In this document: positions 62,305 through 64,000 of the stretch, piece by piece
How the letters are laid out: every line of letters begins with the position of its first letter
Position numbering within the stretch: position 1 is the stretch's first letter
Made by a program: the position numbers and the translations under genes
The notes under the pieces: generated by a model
Told to the model about the DNA's origin: nothing
What the model saw: the letters and a program-made list of their open reading frames with translations, nothing else
The model's database searches: none
Source of the DNA: Callorhinchus milii
Lineage: Eukaryota
Direction of reading: 5' to 3'
DNA: 64,000 nucleotides
Assembly (NCBI RefSeq): GCF_018977255.1
Contig: NW_024704742.1
Coordinates: 8,310,001 to 8,374,000, forward strand

Positions 62305-64000
62305 TTCAGCCATTTGTGCCAATGGCTCAGATTGAACAACAGAGGTCTGCAATCCTTCACATACACTAAATGCCTCTCTTCACACCCGCATAATGGCGTT
62401 GTTTTCAGGTTACTCCGCTTCTTGTATGTCCTCTAGTTCTTTCCTTACTGAAGTGATGATATCTTCATCTACCAGTGCTGCAGTACACTGCCCATTTACA
62501 TCCTCATTAACAACAAGATCCATGAACTCTTCATTTTACAAAATAAGAGCTTCACACATCACCTGATCAGAATCTTCTTGGCCACTACAGGTATCAGCTG
62601 TGAATCCACGGAAGCCATCATGTGAATCCCAGAAAAAAACACACACACTAAATAATTGTGAATTCTCTTGTTTTACCAGTGATTTTGAAGACTTCTATTA
62701 GGTCTCCTCGTAACCTTCTCTGCTCCAATGAGAATAATCCTAACCTCTTTAGCCTTTCCTTATAATCAAGGTCCCTCATTCCTGGTACCATCCTCGTAAA
62801 TCTCCTCTGCACCCTTTCCAATGCCTTAACATCCTTCCTATAGTGTGTTGCCCAGAACTGGGCGCAGTATTCTAATTGAGGCCTAACCAGTGTTTTATAT
62901 AAGTTAATCATAACCTCCTGACTCTTGTACTCTATGCCGCTATTTATAAAGCCTTGTATCCCATATGCCCTTTTTATATCTTTATCTACCTGTCCTGCCA
63001 CCTTCAAGGATTCATTTACCTGAACCCCCAGATATCTCTGTTCTTTACCCCCCTTAAGATTGTATTACCAGCCTATATTGCCTCCCCTCATTCTTTCTTC
63101 CAAAATGCATTACATCGTATTTCTCCACATTGAAATTCATCTGCCATGTGTCTACCCATTTTACCATTCTGTCTATATCTTTCTGCAGTGGGCTTTGTGT
63201 TGTCCGCAAATTTGGAAATGGTACTTGCTATACCCAAGTCCAGATCATTTATATATATATTAAGAAGAGCAGTGGTCCCAATACTGATCCCTGGGGGACG
63301 CCACTGTACACTTCCCTCCAGTCAGAAAAGCAACCGTTCACCACAATTCTGGTTTCTGTCTCCCAGCCAGTTCTGGATCCATGCTGCCACTCTCCCTTTT
63401 ATACCATGGGCTTCTATTTTTCTTACAAATCTTTTATGTGGCACTTTGTCAAATGCCAAATGACTTCCCACTGCCCTTTAGTTGTTTTACCTGCCAATCT
63501 TTCTTTCCAGTCCACCTTGGCTAGGTCTCTGGCCTGTAGTTCCCACGCTTGTCCTTCTGCCCTTTTTTGTACAGAAGAGTAACATTGGCCACTCTCCAGT
63601 CCTCTGGCACCACCCCTGAGTCCAACGAAGATTGAAAAATTGTAGCCAAAGCCTCCGTTATTTGTATCCGTGCCTTCCATAGTATCCTTGGCTGCATCCC
63701 GTCCGGACCGGGCGACTTATCTACCTTGAGCCCAGTCAACCTTTTCAGTTCTTCCTCTCTGTTTACACTTATCCTATCCATTTCCTCTACCCTCTCTCCG
63801 ATATTGTGGCATTTGGTGCATCCGTTTTTTTGTGAAGACAGATGCAAAGTACTCATTCAGTACATCAGCTATGCCCTCTGCCTCCACAACAAGATTTCCG
63901 CCTTGGTCCTTATTGGCCTCACCCTACCTTTGACTAACCTTTTTTTCTTGATATGTTTGTAAAATATTTTAGGATTTCCTTTAATGTTACCCGCTTACCT
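62305..64000 (-). repeat. Inverted copy of 52763-54227 (CR1 plus Tigger piece plus flank)
   Basis: Near-identical reverse complement; the ORFs 53526-53885 (+) and 62648-63007 (-) give identical translations. Confidence 0.92.

Overview
Repeat-dense vertebrate genomic DNA, most likely a cartilaginous fish (inferred from the tRNA-derived Deu-type SINEs and the CR1/L2 LINE families). There are three N gaps (7364-7388, 43428-43457, 62204-62233). All host genes lie on the minus strand. They are: a complete 4-exon ATG12 (138 aa); a 5'-truncated CYP17-family P450 remnant (end of exon 6 plus exons 7-8); a complete 6-exon RDH11/12/DHRS13-like short-chain dehydrogenase (323 aa) whose first exon is present in two coding-identical copies; and a tandem pair of apolipoprotein L-like genes. 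One APOL copy is a frameshifted pseudogene that keeps the hydrophobic hairpin. The other is an open 3-exon, 285-aa gene that lacks the hairpin and ends in transposon-derived sequence. Its first exon is tandemly duplicated, and exons 1-2 sit between ~1.5-kb inverted repeats (the right arm lies beyond a gap). The remainder is SINEs, CR1 and L2 LINEs (often nested), solo LTRs, Gypsy/hAT/Tigger/Helitron relics and many minisatellites. Gene models were built by eye from GT-AG sites and reading phase; family assignments come from recalled motifs, not database searches.
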